Notes under the pieces: model-generated
Told to the model about the DNA's origin: nothing
The model's input: only the letters and a program-made list of their open reading frames with translations
The model's database searches: none
Made by a program: the position numbers and the translations under genes
Assembly: GCA_028864975.1 (NCBI GenBank)
Contig: JAGWLG010000030.1
Location: 1 to 44,062, forward strand
Reading direction: 5' to 3'
DNA: 44,062 bases
Source: Thermoplasmata archaeon
Lineage (GTDB): Archaea; Thermoplasmatota; Thermoplasmata; Lutacidiplasmatales; UBA184
Shown: one piece after another, positions 35,620 through 44,062 of the stretch
Layout: every line of letters starts with the position of its first letter
Numbering within the stretch: the first letter of the stretch is position 1

Positions 35620-37097
35620 CCGTTCACCACCTTGACGGCCTGGCGGAGGAGCTCCGAGAGCGGGCTCGGAAGCAGCAGACCGAGACCTACGACGATAGGG
35701 AAGAGGAGGCCCAGCGCAAGCGCGGTGGCGAGGAAGCGGCGAGGCACCGTGGAGAACCCCTGGTGAGGTCGCGCTCCGAGGAGCGCTCGCATCAGATGCA
35801 TCATCAGTCCCCCGAAGACGATCGCCAAGGCGAGCAGGAGCAAGGCGGAAGCCGCCCAGTCGCCGCTCGCGAACCCCGCGGTCAGGATCAGGAACTCGCT
35901 CGTGAAGACCGAGAAGGGAGGCACCCCCGCCAGGGCGAGCCCGCCCACCAAGAGCACGGTTCCTGTCGCCGGGAGGGCCGTGAGCGCTCCCGAGACCTCC
36001 TCCAGGTCCTTCGTGTGCGCGCTGGCGGAGAGATTGCCCCCTGCGAGAAAGAGCGTCGCCTTCGTCGCAGCGTGGTTGATCATGTGGAAGAGCGCGCCAA
36101 AGAGCCCGAGGAAGCCTCCGAACCCGATGCCGATCGAGATGATGCCCATGTGCTCGACGGAATGGTAGGCGAGCAAGCGCTTCAGGTCCCGTTGGACCAG
36201 GATGAAGAGCGCGGCCAGCAGGACCGAGAGAAGGCCGAATCCCAAGAAGAGCCAGGTGGCGAAGCTGAACCCCGGCATTCGCACGGTGATGGCATCCACG
36301 CGGAGCAGCGCGTAAACGGCGCACTTGAGGAGCCCCGCAGACAGGAGCGCCGAGACGGGCGTGGGAGCTTCAGAATGGGCATCGGGGAGCCAAACGTGGA
36401 GGGGTGCGAAACCGGCCTTGGTCCCGTACCCGATGAAGAGGAAGACCAGCGCCAGGCGGACAAGCCCCGGGTCGAGCTTCGGCGCGAGGGTGATCAGCAC
36501 GTTCCAGTCCAGGGAGGCACCGGCAGGTCCCACGGACGCCTCGGATGCTAGGTAGAGGAGCAGGGTGCCGAAGAGCGCGAAGACGAGCCCCACCGTGCAG
36601 AGGACCAGGTACTTCCAGGAGGCCTCCACGGCTCGCTTCGTATGGTAAAAGCCGACCAGGAGAGCGGAGCAGAGCGTCGTCCCCTCGACCGCGATCCAAA
36701 GCAGCCCCAGATTGTTCGCTTCCGCGACCAGGAACATCGTGAAGAGGAAGAGGAGGACGAACGTGTGGTACCGACGAAGGCGCTCGAGCGACACGGGGTG
36801 GGGGCTGTCCTCCCATCCGAGGTAGTCGACCGAGTAGACCACCGAGGCCAGGCCCACGATCGCGAGCAGGAGCAGAAGGACTCCCGAAAGGGCGTCCACC
36901 GCCAGCAGCCCGTAGGGCTCACGGACGCTCCCCCCGGACAGGACTTCGGAAAGCAGAAGGAGGACGAGGACCGCGCTCACCACGCCGCCCGCAACGGCGG
37001 CCGAGTTCGCGACCCGGCGAGAGGGGGCGACCATCACGAGAGCCGCCGCCACGACGGGGGTGGCCAGGAGGAGCAGGTCGTAGGGGAGGAGCGACAA
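35616..37097 (-). CDS. hyfF: Hydrogenase-4 component F-like antiporter-type membrane subunit
   Basis: WIAVEGTT, EASWKY, GYGTKAGFAPLHVWLPDAHSEAPTPVSALLS, KRLLAYHS. Confidence 0.9.
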   Translation of the reverse strand: MSLLPYDLLLLATPVVAAALVMVAPSRRVANSAAVAGGVVSAVLVLLLLSEVLSGGSVREPYGLLAVDALSGVLLLLLAIVGLASVVYSVDYLGWEDSPHPVSLERLRRYHTFVLLFLFTMFLVAEANNLGLLWIAVEGTTLCSALLVGFYHTKRAVEASWKYLVLCTVGLVFALFGTLLLYLASEASVGPAGASLDWNVLITLAPKLDPGLVRLALVFLFIGYGTKAGFAPLHVWLPDAHSEAPTPVSALLSAGLLKCAVYALLRVDAITVRMPGFSFATWLFLGFGLLSVLLAALFILVQRDLKRLLAYHSVEHMGIISIGIGFGGFLGLFGALFHMINHAATKATLFLAGGNLSASAHTKDLEEVSGALTALPATGTVLLVGGLALAGVPPFSVFTSEFLILTAGFASGDWAASALLLLALAIVFGGLMMHLMRALLGARPHQGFSTVPRRFLATALALGLLFPIVVGLGLLLPSPLSELLRQAVKVVNG

Positions 37098-37100
37098 GGT

Positions 37101-37760
37101 TCAGCCCTCCAGCGCCCGCAGTGCGTCCGCGTCGACGGTGTCGAAGGAGTCCTTCATCCGGAACAGGAAGAGCCGCCCGACGATGGCGAGGATCAGGAGG
37201 TTCGCGGCGACCCCCAGCTCGAGGAGGAGTCCCAGCCCGAAGGTCAGGGCAAGACCCGCGAGGAAGACCCCGTTGGCCATCACCAGCATCCCGATGACCT
37301 GGGTGAAGGCCTTTCGGCGCGTCGAGGTCAGGAACAGCCCGATCAGGACCACGGTGACCGAGATCGGGAGCAGCCCGGCGGCAGGGATCTCGGCGTACGG
37401 CGTCAGCGGACCGACCACCGCCACGGCAAGAAGCAGGCACCCGAGCCCGGCCAGCCCGCTCGTCCGGACCGAGACCAGCATGTTGACCTCGTCCGGTACT
37501 CGCAGGTCTCTCTGGAGGCGGAGCAGGACCGTCGGGATCAAGACCGCATTGAGCCCGAAGATCGTGGCCCCCGTGAGATAGAGGATCGGAGCGTTGTAGA
37601 GGTAGGCGACCAGGCCCGCCACGGCCGCCATCGCCGCCGACTGGGCCGCGTAGAGGCGGACCAGCGCGGCCACCCGCCGATGGACGAGGGAGATCCATGA
37701 CGTGACCAGGACCACCGCAGCGAGCACTTCCAGCAGCTGCTGGCCCGGTGCCAGGCTCAT
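37101..37760 (-). CDS. hyfE: Hydrogenase-4 component E-like membrane subunit
   Basis: Multi-TM protein with YAAQS, RRKAFTQVIG...NG and LELG; ATG 37760 overlaps the hyfC stop. Confidence 0.85.
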   Translation of the reverse strand: MSLAPGQQLLEVLAAVVLVTSWISLVHRRVAALVRLYAAQSAAMAAVAGLVAYLYNAPILYLTGATIFGLNAVLIPTVLLRLQRDLRVPDEVNMLVSVRTSGLAGLGCLLLAVAVVGPLTPYAEIPAAGLLPISVTVVLIGLFLTSTRRKAFTQVIGMLVMANGVFLAGLALTFGLGLLLELGVAANLLILAIVGRLFLFRMKDSFDTVDADALRALEG

Positions 37761-38722
37761 CCGACCCCCACAAGGTACGTGAGCGAGATCGATCCCAGGG
37801 CGAGCACCCAGGATAGGACGGCGAGGTCCGCGACGCGGAAGAGCCGCCATTTGGCGACCCGCGTCTCCAGCTCGCCCAAGAGCGCCGAGGCGGCGAGGAG
37901 CTTCACGAGCAGAAGCACGAGAGCCAGCGCGAGCGCCGCGAGCCCGAAGGAGAGGGCGATGCCCCAGGGGAGAAGGACCGCGACGAAGAGCTCGAGCAGG
38001 AGCACCATCCGTAGCGACTGTCCCAGCTCGATGAGCGCAAGGTCCCGGCCGCCGTACTCCAACACCATCGCTTCGTGGACCATGGTGAGCTCCAGGTGGG
38101 TCGCAGGGTTGTCCACGGGGAGCCGACCGGTCTCGGCAAGCAGGAGCAGGGCGAAAGCGGCGGAAGCGAGGAGGAGCGCGGGGGAGAGGTGGGCGGCGCC
38201 CAGGGTCGCCCCATGCAGCACGATGGTGGAAGCCTGTGTCGACCCCGAAGGCGCGCCCCAGGCGAAGATCACGAGAAGGAAGGTCGGTTCGAACAGGGCC
38301 CCGATCCACATGTCCCGGGTCGAACCCATGCCGCCAAAGGTGCTTCCGGCGTCGAGCGCCGCCACCGCGGTCATGAAGCGTGAGAGCGCGAGCAGCCCGA
38401 CCACGACGATCAGATCACCGGCGAATCCCAGAGGGGCGGGAAGGAAGAACCACGGAACGAACGGGACCGCCGCCAGGAGCGAAGCGAAGGAGATGAGCGG
38501 CGCGGCGCGGGTGACCGCGGAGGAGGATTCGACGTACACCGTGCCCTTTCCCCATAACTTCGCGAGGTCCAGGTAAGGTTGGATCATGCTCGGGCCCGTC
38601 CGACGCTGGCTTCGGGACTTCCGCCGGCGAACGACCGAGGTGAGCAGCGGGGCAAGTCCCACCGCGAGGGCGAGCTCGGCCGCAAGCACCAGGGTCGTGA
38701 GGAGGATCTCCCAGGGTGTCAC
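37757..38722 (-). CDS. hyfC: Hydrogenase-4 component C / NuoH-like membrane subunit
   Basis: GPSMIQPYLDLAKL, DAGSTFGGMGS, ETGRLPVDNP, ELTMVHEAMVLEY; GTG 38722 overlaps the hyfB stop. Confidence 0.9.
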   Translation of the reverse strand: MTPWEILLTTLVLAAELALAVGLAPLLTSVVRRRKSRSQRRTGPSMIQPYLDLAKLWGKGTVYVESSSAVTRAAPLISFASLLAAVPFVPWFFLPAPLGFAGDLIVVVGLLALSRFMTAVAALDAGSTFGGMGSTRDMWIGALFEPTFLLVIFAWGAPSGSTQASTIVLHGATLGAAHLSPALLLASAAFALLLLAETGRLPVDNPATHLELTMVHEAMVLEYGGRDLALIELGQSLRMVLLLELFVAVLLPWGIALSFGLAALALALVLLLVKLLAASALLGELETRVAKWRLFRVADLAVLSWVLALGSISLTYLVGVG

Positions 38723-40809
38723 GGGGCGCCTCCCCCCGCGATGCGAAGGATGACCAGGAGCCCGATCAGGGTCAGCACCATGTACCCAAGATAGGCGTGG
38801 ATGCCGCCCGACTGGAGCCGACTGACGCGTCGGGCGAGGCTCTGCACCGCGACGGTCAGAGGGCTGTAGAACCCTGCCACGAGGGGATACTCCACTTCGA
38901 CCTCGACGTGACCGGTCTTGGCGAGGGACCCTTGCCGGGGCGAACCCGGTCCACGGGGCTCCAGGTGCGAGCTCGCTCGATAGAACCCGCCGAACAATCG
39001 AAGGATGGGCTGGGCGTACCCGCTCGCGGTGTATTCCATCCGGGGCGTGGGCGCATCGATCCCACAGTCCCATGCGGCGCCCCTGGGGGCCGCGTGGCCG
39101 CTACCCATGCGCCGCAGGAGCCAGACCACCAACAGCCCAGCGGCCAGACCGAGGGCGACAACCCCGATGGCAAGACTTCCTCCTGTGCTGCCAGGGCGCG
39201 GTAAGCTCCCGAACGCACCTCCCGCGGAGTAGCTGATGGGTGGAGCGCCGACGAGCCCTGAGGCGACCGTGGAGATCGGTCCCAGCAACAGGAAGGGAGC
39301 CACTCCGAGGAGCAGACAGAGTCCGAAAAGTGCCCCCATGGCGGCCGTCATCGAGGAGGGGGCCTCCCGAACGACGGAGCGAGCCGCCTCCGAGCGCGGC
39401 CTAGCGAGGAAGGTCACCCCGAAGGCCTTGACGAAGCAGTAGGCGGCCAGGCCGCTCGAGAGCGCGAGCACTCCGGCGACGGCGGTGAACACGACCTCGG
39501 TGGCCAACGAACCCGTGGTGAAGGCCCCAAAGAGCGACTGGAAGAGAAGCCATTCGCTGACGAACCCGTTGAGAGGGGGCAGCCCGGAGATGGCCATGGC
39601 TCCTCCGAGGAAGAAGAGGGCCGTGTAGGGCATCCTGCGAGCGAGCCCGCCCAGGGCCTCCATGTCCCGCGTGCCGGCGGACCCCGTCGCCGCCCCCGCG
39701 CCGAGGAAGAGGAGGGCCTTGAACAGCGCATGGTTCCAAGTGTGGAACAATCCGGCGAGGAGCGAGAGCGCCGCGAGCAGAGGCGCCCCCAGGGAAAGGA
39801 ACACGAGCGAAGCTCCCAGCGCGAGGAAGATGATCCCGATGTTCTCCACGGAATGGAAGGCCAGAAGCCGCTTCAGGTCGTGTTGAGCGATCGCGTTCAG
39901 AACCCCGAGCAGGCACGAAAGGGCACCCAGCCCGATCCACGTGAAGCCCCACCACAGCGGTGGTGTCCCCCCGAGAAGTTCGAACGGAACCAGGATCGCT
40001 CCGTAAACCCCCATCTTGATCATTACGCCGGACATGAGGGCCGAGACGTTCGACGGCGCGGCCGGGTGGGCCTCGGGTAGCCACACGTGCAAAGGTGCAA
40101 CTCCCGCCTTGGTCCCGAAGCCGATCAAGGCCGCAACGAAGACCGCCCCGGCTTGCCAAGCTCCTAGCCGGCCCGCCCCGGCCGCGATCGAGGAGAACGT
40201 CCAGGCCCCCGTCCCGGCGCCAAGCAGGACCAACGAGATGAGAACGCCGGCGGCCGCCGCATGGCTCATCACCAGGTAGAAAAGACCGGCCCGACGCACC
40301 TCCCATGAATCGTGCTCGTGGACCACCAGGAAGTACGAGACGAGGGTCATCCCCTCCCAAGCGAGGAGAAAGAGGAAGACGGATTGCGAGGTGATCACGA
40401 GCTCCATGGACATGAGAAAGAGCCCGATCAGACCCGCGAGCGGGCCCCTGCGCTCGTGGACGAAGCGCGCAACGTATCCGAGCGAGGCCAGGACGACGAC
40501 CCCGCCCACGACCGCGAGGAGAAGGAGGAAGACCGCTCCGAGCCCGGTGAGGCCGAAATCGAGGACGGTGATGCCGGGGGCGGCTGCGGAGAACCCGGGC
40601 ACCACGAGCTCTGACCCCCATGCCGAGGGAGCCCCTAGCTGGAGGACGGCCAACGACCCACCGAAGACGAGCCCCACCAGCGACAGAGCGAGCGAAGGGT
40701 GGGCAGCGCGGACCGAAGCGGACCGAGAGGTCACCCCCGCCAGGGCAGCCAGGGCGAAGGAGAGGAGCGACAGCGCGTAGAGCGCGACCGGGAGGTCGAC
40801 CAGGATCAC
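38719..40809 (-). CDS. hyfB: Hydrogenase-4 component B / NuoL-like antiporter-type membrane subunit
   Basis: FLLAWEGM, GTKAGVAPLHVWLPEAHPAAPSNVSALMSG, KRLLAFHSVENIG, GLPPLNGFVSEW. Confidence 0.92.
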   Translation of the reverse strand: MILVDLPVALYALSLLSFALAALAGVTSRSASVRAAHPSLALSLVGLVFGGSLAVLQLGAPSAWGSELVVPGFSAAAPGITVLDFGLTGLGAVFLLLLAVVGGVVVLASLGYVARFVHERRGPLAGLIGLFLMSMELVITSQSVFLFLLAWEGMTLVSYFLVVHEHDSWEVRRAGLFYLVMSHAAAAGVLISLVLLGAGTGAWTFSSIAAGAGRLGAWQAGAVFVAALIGFGTKAGVAPLHVWLPEAHPAAPSNVSALMSGVMIKMGVYGAILVPFELLGGTPPLWWGFTWIGLGALSCLLGVLNAIAQHDLKRLLAFHSVENIGIIFLALGASLVFLSLGAPLLAALSLLAGLFHTWNHALFKALLFLGAGAATGSAGTRDMEALGGLARRMPYTALFFLGGAMAISGLPPLNGFVSEWLLFQSLFGAFTTGSLATEVVFTAVAGVLALSSGLAAYCFVKAFGVTFLARPRSEAARSVVREAPSSMTAAMGALFGLCLLLGVAPFLLLGPISTVASGLVGAPPISYSAGGAFGSLPRPGSTGGSLAIGVVALGLAAGLLVVWLLRRMGSGHAAPRGAAWDCGIDAPTPRMEYTASGYAQPILRLFGGFYRASSHLEPRGPGSPRQGSLAKTGHVEVEVEYPLVAGFYSPLTVAVQSLARRVSRLQSGGIHAYLGYMVLTLIGLLVILRIAGGGAP

Positions 40810-40917
40810 GCTCGGGATACCTCGAGCGGACCGTCCGGTGACGAGCTCGGGATCAAAACGCTCGTGGGCAAGGTCGTTCCTTGGCCCGCAGAAGCGGATG
40901 CAGGTAAATCTTGGATG

Positions 40918-40932
40918 TCAGTATTATACTGA
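40918..40932. promoter_or_regulatory. Perfect 7-1-7 palindrome TCAGTAT-T-ATACTGA in an AT-rich patch; candidate operator over the Ehr promoter
   Basis: Read directly. It lies ~110 bp upstream of the hyfB start; the minus strand reads gataaaatcagtataatactga, resembling BRE/TATA elements. Confidence 0.6.
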
Positions 40933-41190
40933 TTTTATCTCCCGTGCGGGGGGAGCCGTGGAACTGGAGCCGGGCGAGCGCTCCCCGCGCCGCTACCCGT
41001 GCCGCAGCCTCGTCCCCACGTTGTCCTGCGACAGTGACGAGGCGCAGCCTAGCATAGCGACCCGGCGATCCAGACTCACGACACGAAGGGGCCGCGTCTC
41101 AGGGGGTGTGGCTCTCAGGGGCCGTCTGGACCCCTTCCTGCACCGGAGCATCCCTTCGCGGCAGGGTGAAGTACTCCACCAGCTCTTCCG

Positions 41191-41604
41191 ATGGACATGG
41201 AAGGGGATCCCGCGCGAATCCCGGTCGGTGAAGGGCCCGCGCCGTCGGCTCCGAAGAAGGGAAGCTCGATGCATGGCGAGCCTCAGGACCCGAACACGGC
41301 CACGCTGCTCCACATCTTGAGGATGCTCAACAAGGCCGCCGACGAGTACGAGGGGAAGGATGAAGGGGGTCTCGAGGCTACGGAGATCCACTTCAACTGC
41401 TCAGAGTACTGGGCCGTGCGGGAGGGGGGCGCCAAGCCTGAGCTCATCCTTCAGTTGCTATTGGACAACGGGTTCGTGGACCGGGTCCCCGGGGAGCATT
41501 ACTCGTGGGTCCGGCAGAGACAGGTCAAGGACATGTACATGATCACCGAGCCGGGGAAAGAGCACCTCGTGAAGAACGTCGGAGAGCATGGCCGGGTCAT
41601 GTGA
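41191..41604 (+). CDS. Small winged-helix protein (paralogue A)
   Basis: LHILRML...TEI...ELILQLLLDNGFV...YMITEPGKEHL matches the wHTH wing/last-helix pattern; paralogous to the next gene. Confidence 0.7.
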   Translation: MDMEGDPARIPVGEGPAPSAPKKGSSMHGEPQDPNTATLLHILRMLNKAADEYEGKDEGGLEATEIHFNCSEYWAVREGGAKPELILQLLLDNGFVDRVPGEHYSWVRQRQVKDMYMITEPGKEHLVKNVGEHGRVM

Positions 41605-41649
41605 CCGTCCCTCTGAACCAGCGCCTGAGGCGCCCCGGTAGAACCGACC

Positions 41650-42051
41650 ATGACCGATGACCCCTCCCGCATACCGGTGGAGTTGGACGCACCGTGGCCA
41701 CCTCGGATTTCCCCGTACCACGGAGAACCCACCGATGCCAATACGGCGACCGCCCTGCATATCCTGCGGCTTTTGAACCGCGCAGAGGAGGAGTTCGAGG
41801 AAGAGCGGGAGCAAGGTCTCGAGATCACAGAGATCATGTTCGAGTGCCGGGAGTTCTGGGGGGTCAGGGAGGCCGGGTCCGAGCCGGAACTCATGCTGAG
41901 GCTGATGCTCCAGCACAAGATGGTCTCCCAAGACGACTCCGAGCACTTCTCATGGGTCCGTCAACGAAGCGTGAGCGACCTCTATCACATCACCGACCTG
42001 GGGAAGTCCTACCTCGAGGCGAAGATCATCCGATCCGGACGGATATCCTGA
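41650..42051 (+). CDS. Small winged-helix protein (paralogue B)
   Basis: HGEPxDxNTATxLHILR, TEI, WxVRE, PEL, SWVRQR and YxIT-x2-GK are shared with paralogue A. Confidence 0.7.
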   Translation: MTDDPSRIPVELDAPWPPRISPYHGEPTDANTATALHILRLLNRAEEEFEEEREQGLEITEIMFECREFWGVREAGSEPELMLRLMLQHKMVSQDDSEHFSWVRQRSVSDLYHITDLGKSYLEAKIIRSGRIS

Positions 42052-42148
42052 GGCGTTCGGAGAAGGGGAAGGCAAGATGCCCCACCCGGATCAGCCCTCA
42101 ACGGGTGGACCGGCCCAGCTTGCGGCGTCAATTTCGTGAGGGAACTCC

Positions 42149-42361
42149 GTGATCGAGGGGAAGCTCATGGTCCTCGTGGGTGGCGCGATCGCAACGACCG
42201 CCTTCGTGCTCTACCTGCTCTTTCTTGGGCTGGTTCCTGGCTCGGGTGTCGGACCAGATGACATCGCCGCCTCGACCAATCTTGTCGTTCTGGCGGTCGG
42301 GGTGGGGCTGGTCTGCGGTGGTCTCGCCCTTCACGTGAAGACCCGGCCGGATTCCCATTGA
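42149..42361 (+). CDS. Small two-TM membrane protein
   Basis: Two hydrophobic helices in 70 aa; no family recognised. Confidence 0.5.
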   Translation: MIEGKLMVLVGGAIATTAFVLYLLFLGLVPGSGVGPDDIAASTNLVVLAVGVGLVCGGLALHVKTRPDSH

Positions 42362-42487
42362 CCTGTTCTTCGTGGACCTGTCCGAACCGCTCAACTTCCC
42401 AGGGAACGTCGCGCCTGAGCAACTGCCCAACCACGAGGGCGGGGGAAAGGACCCAGAAGCCGTGGCTCAAGGACTGGAGACGGCGGG

Positions 42488-44062
42488 TCAAACGCCGGAG
42501 GGAGGCGACGAGGAATCGTCCTTCGCTTCACCCTCTCGCCTCGCGGGGTCGGGTTGGGCAGGGTCCGGTCCCGATCCTGCCGACTCGTGCGGTTCCGAGC
42601 TCGACGAGCCCCCTTCGGAAGGAGCATGCTCGGTGCCCGAAGCCTCGTCCACAGCAGGCTCGGCCGGAGGCTTTCTTGTGGTCGGCGGTTGCGACGCGTC
42701 CTGCGGGGTTTCCGCCTTCCACTGTTCCAAGAGATGGGAGAGTTGCTCATCCATGCCGGGCGCGGTGTCATCGGGAGTCGGGACAGAGGTCGGCTCCGGC
42801 TGAGGGACGGAGATCAGCCCCGAGATGAGTCCCTCCAGCGGGGGCTGGGCCGCCACCGATGGTCTGACGATCTCGTCCCCCGCCAAGAAGGTCTGAGCGC
42901 CCCGCGTCGCTTCTGGCGCGGTTGGTTCGACCTCCGGCAGGGCCGGGCTCTCGGGCCCGGTGGCGAGGGGCGTTGCCACTCCTCCATCGGAGGGGTTGAA
43001 AGGTGTGCTTGGAGGCGGGCTTGGAGCCACGTTGCCAACCTCGACCACCGTCGTGGACCTCGCCACGTCCCCGGGTGGAGCCGGAGCCAACCGAGGGGCC
43101 GGCAGCTCCGTGGGAGCAGTTGCCTCCGACGGGGCGGGCGCGGGCATCGGTACGGTCGGAGCGACCGGGGAAGGGCCCCCCTCGACGAGCTTCTCGACCG
43201 GTTCCTCCCTGGCTGGCATGGGAGAACTGATGGGCGGACTGGAGGGTCCTCCTGCGGCCGCAGTCTCGTCGACGCGTTCGACTTCGGGACTCGCCGTCTT
43301 GCCGCCAGTAGCTTGGGGCTTGCCGCGAGCGGGGCTCGGTGCCCTGCGTGTTCGCGACTTTGGCGATCCGTCCTTGCTGGAAGAGCGGGGAGGCGATCGG
43401 CCCCCCTTCTTGTTGAGGACCGAGAAGAGGACCTGGAGGACCACGAAGAGCACGACCGCGATCACGGCGAGAAGGATGTAGGCCTGCGAGCCGGCAAAAC
43501 CCAGCAGCTGGACCTGGTTGGTCTGGACGGGAGGCGCCGTCACCGTCACGGCCACGAGTCGTACAGTCGATGTTCCCAAGCTATCGTTCACCCAGAGCGT
43601 TGCCAAGTAGCTCCCACCGCTGGCATAAGCATGCGAGGCGCTGGCCGAGGTGCTCGATGCACCGTCACCGAAACGCCACACTACGGTGAAGGGGGCGGTG
43701 CCCCCCGTCCAGACCGCGCTGAAGGCGAACAGCGTGTGGACCTTCGCGCTCGGGGGGGAGACCGAGGCGGTCGCGGTCAGCACGGGATTGACCACGAACC
43801 GCGCGACCCCCGACGTCGCGCTCACGCCGCTCTGGTCCCGAACGGTCAGGGAGATGTTGAACGCCCCCGCCTGTGCCGGCGTGCACGAGAAGCTCGCCTC
43901 GATGGGAGCGCAGCCTGCGGGAAGCCCAGTCCAGGCGTAGACAATGCTCCCGAGACCGCCGTTCACGATGGCCGTGATGTTCACGGGAGTGCCGAGGTCG
44001 ACGACCGAGGGGGTGACCACGGGGGTCCCTACGGTGAGGTTGGCCGTGACGGTGAGCGGTCT
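42488..44062 (-). CDS. PKD/Ig-repeat membrane protein with long Pro/acidic cytoplasmic tail (5' end beyond the window)
   Basis: The frame is open to the window end; WRFGDG...HAYASGGSY PKD motif; TM segment AYILLAVIAVVLFVVLQVLF; ~300-aa low-complexity tail. Confidence 0.8.
   Translation of the reverse strand, partial: RPLTVTANLTVGTPVVTPSVVDLGTPVNITAIVNGGLGSIVYAWTGLPAGCAPIEASFSCTPAQAGAFNISLTVRDQSGVSATSGVARFVVNPVLTATASVSPPSAKVHTLFAFSAVWTGGTAPFTVVWRFGDGASSTSASASHAYASGGSYLATLWVNDSLGTSTVRLVAVTVTAPPVQTNQVQLLGFAGSQAYILLAVIAVVLFVVLQVLFSVLNKKGGRSPPRSSSKDGSPKSRTRRAPSPARGKPQATGGKTASPEVERVDETAAAGGPSSPPISSPMPAREEPVEKLVEGGPSPVAPTVPMPAPAPSEATAPTELPAPRLAPAPPGDVARSTTVVEVGNVAPSPPPSTPFNPSDGGVATPLATGPESPALPEVEPTAPEATRGAQTFLAGDEIVRPSVAAQPPLEGLISGLISVPQPEPTSVPTPDDTAPGMDEQLSHLLEQWKAETPQDASQPPTTRKPPAEPAVDEASGTEHAPSEGGSSSSEPHESAGSGPDPAQPDPARREGEAKDDSSSPPSGV

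Noticed and set aside
33095-40809. Annotation as formate hydrogenlyase or a true [NiFe] hydrogenase
   Set aside because: All four metal-binding cysteines of the large subunit are absent.
42372-42803. 143-aa plus-strand ORF
   Set aside because: Mostly antisense to the PKD protein tail, low complexity, no motif.
1-44062. CRISPR arrays, tRNA and rRNA genes
   Set aside because: No regularly spaced direct repeats, cloverleafs or rRNA signatures were seen by eye; a tRNAscan/Infernal run would be decisive.

Overview
A GC-rich archaeal chromosomal segment, most consistent with a Thermoplasmata-like organism. This is inferred from the archaeal-type GlyRS, Trm1, HemK2, UPF0200, COG1395, DUF981 and AbrB-PhoU genes. 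The left end holds the tail of an IS1634 transposase and a complete IS110-family element with 18-bp subterminal inverted repeats. That element has a ~500-bp, highly structured 5' non-coding end containing a symmetric 9x9 internal loop, a candidate bridge RNA whose loop segments resemble the element's own ends and flanks. Next is a polyphosphate operon (ppx, two tandem thymidylate-kinase-fold genes resembling the heteromeric archaeal PPK3, and CHAD), with sixA and phoU nearby, followed by housekeeping genes. The right part carries a six-gene Ehr (hydrogenase-4-like) complex whose large subunit has lost all four Ni-Fe cysteines. It is followed in-operon by a divergent AbrB-PhoU regulator and preceded by an AT-rich 7-1-7 palindrome and a tandem pair of winged-helix paralogues. 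All calls were made by eye from motifs; no searches or folding programs were run, and several start codons are my estimates.
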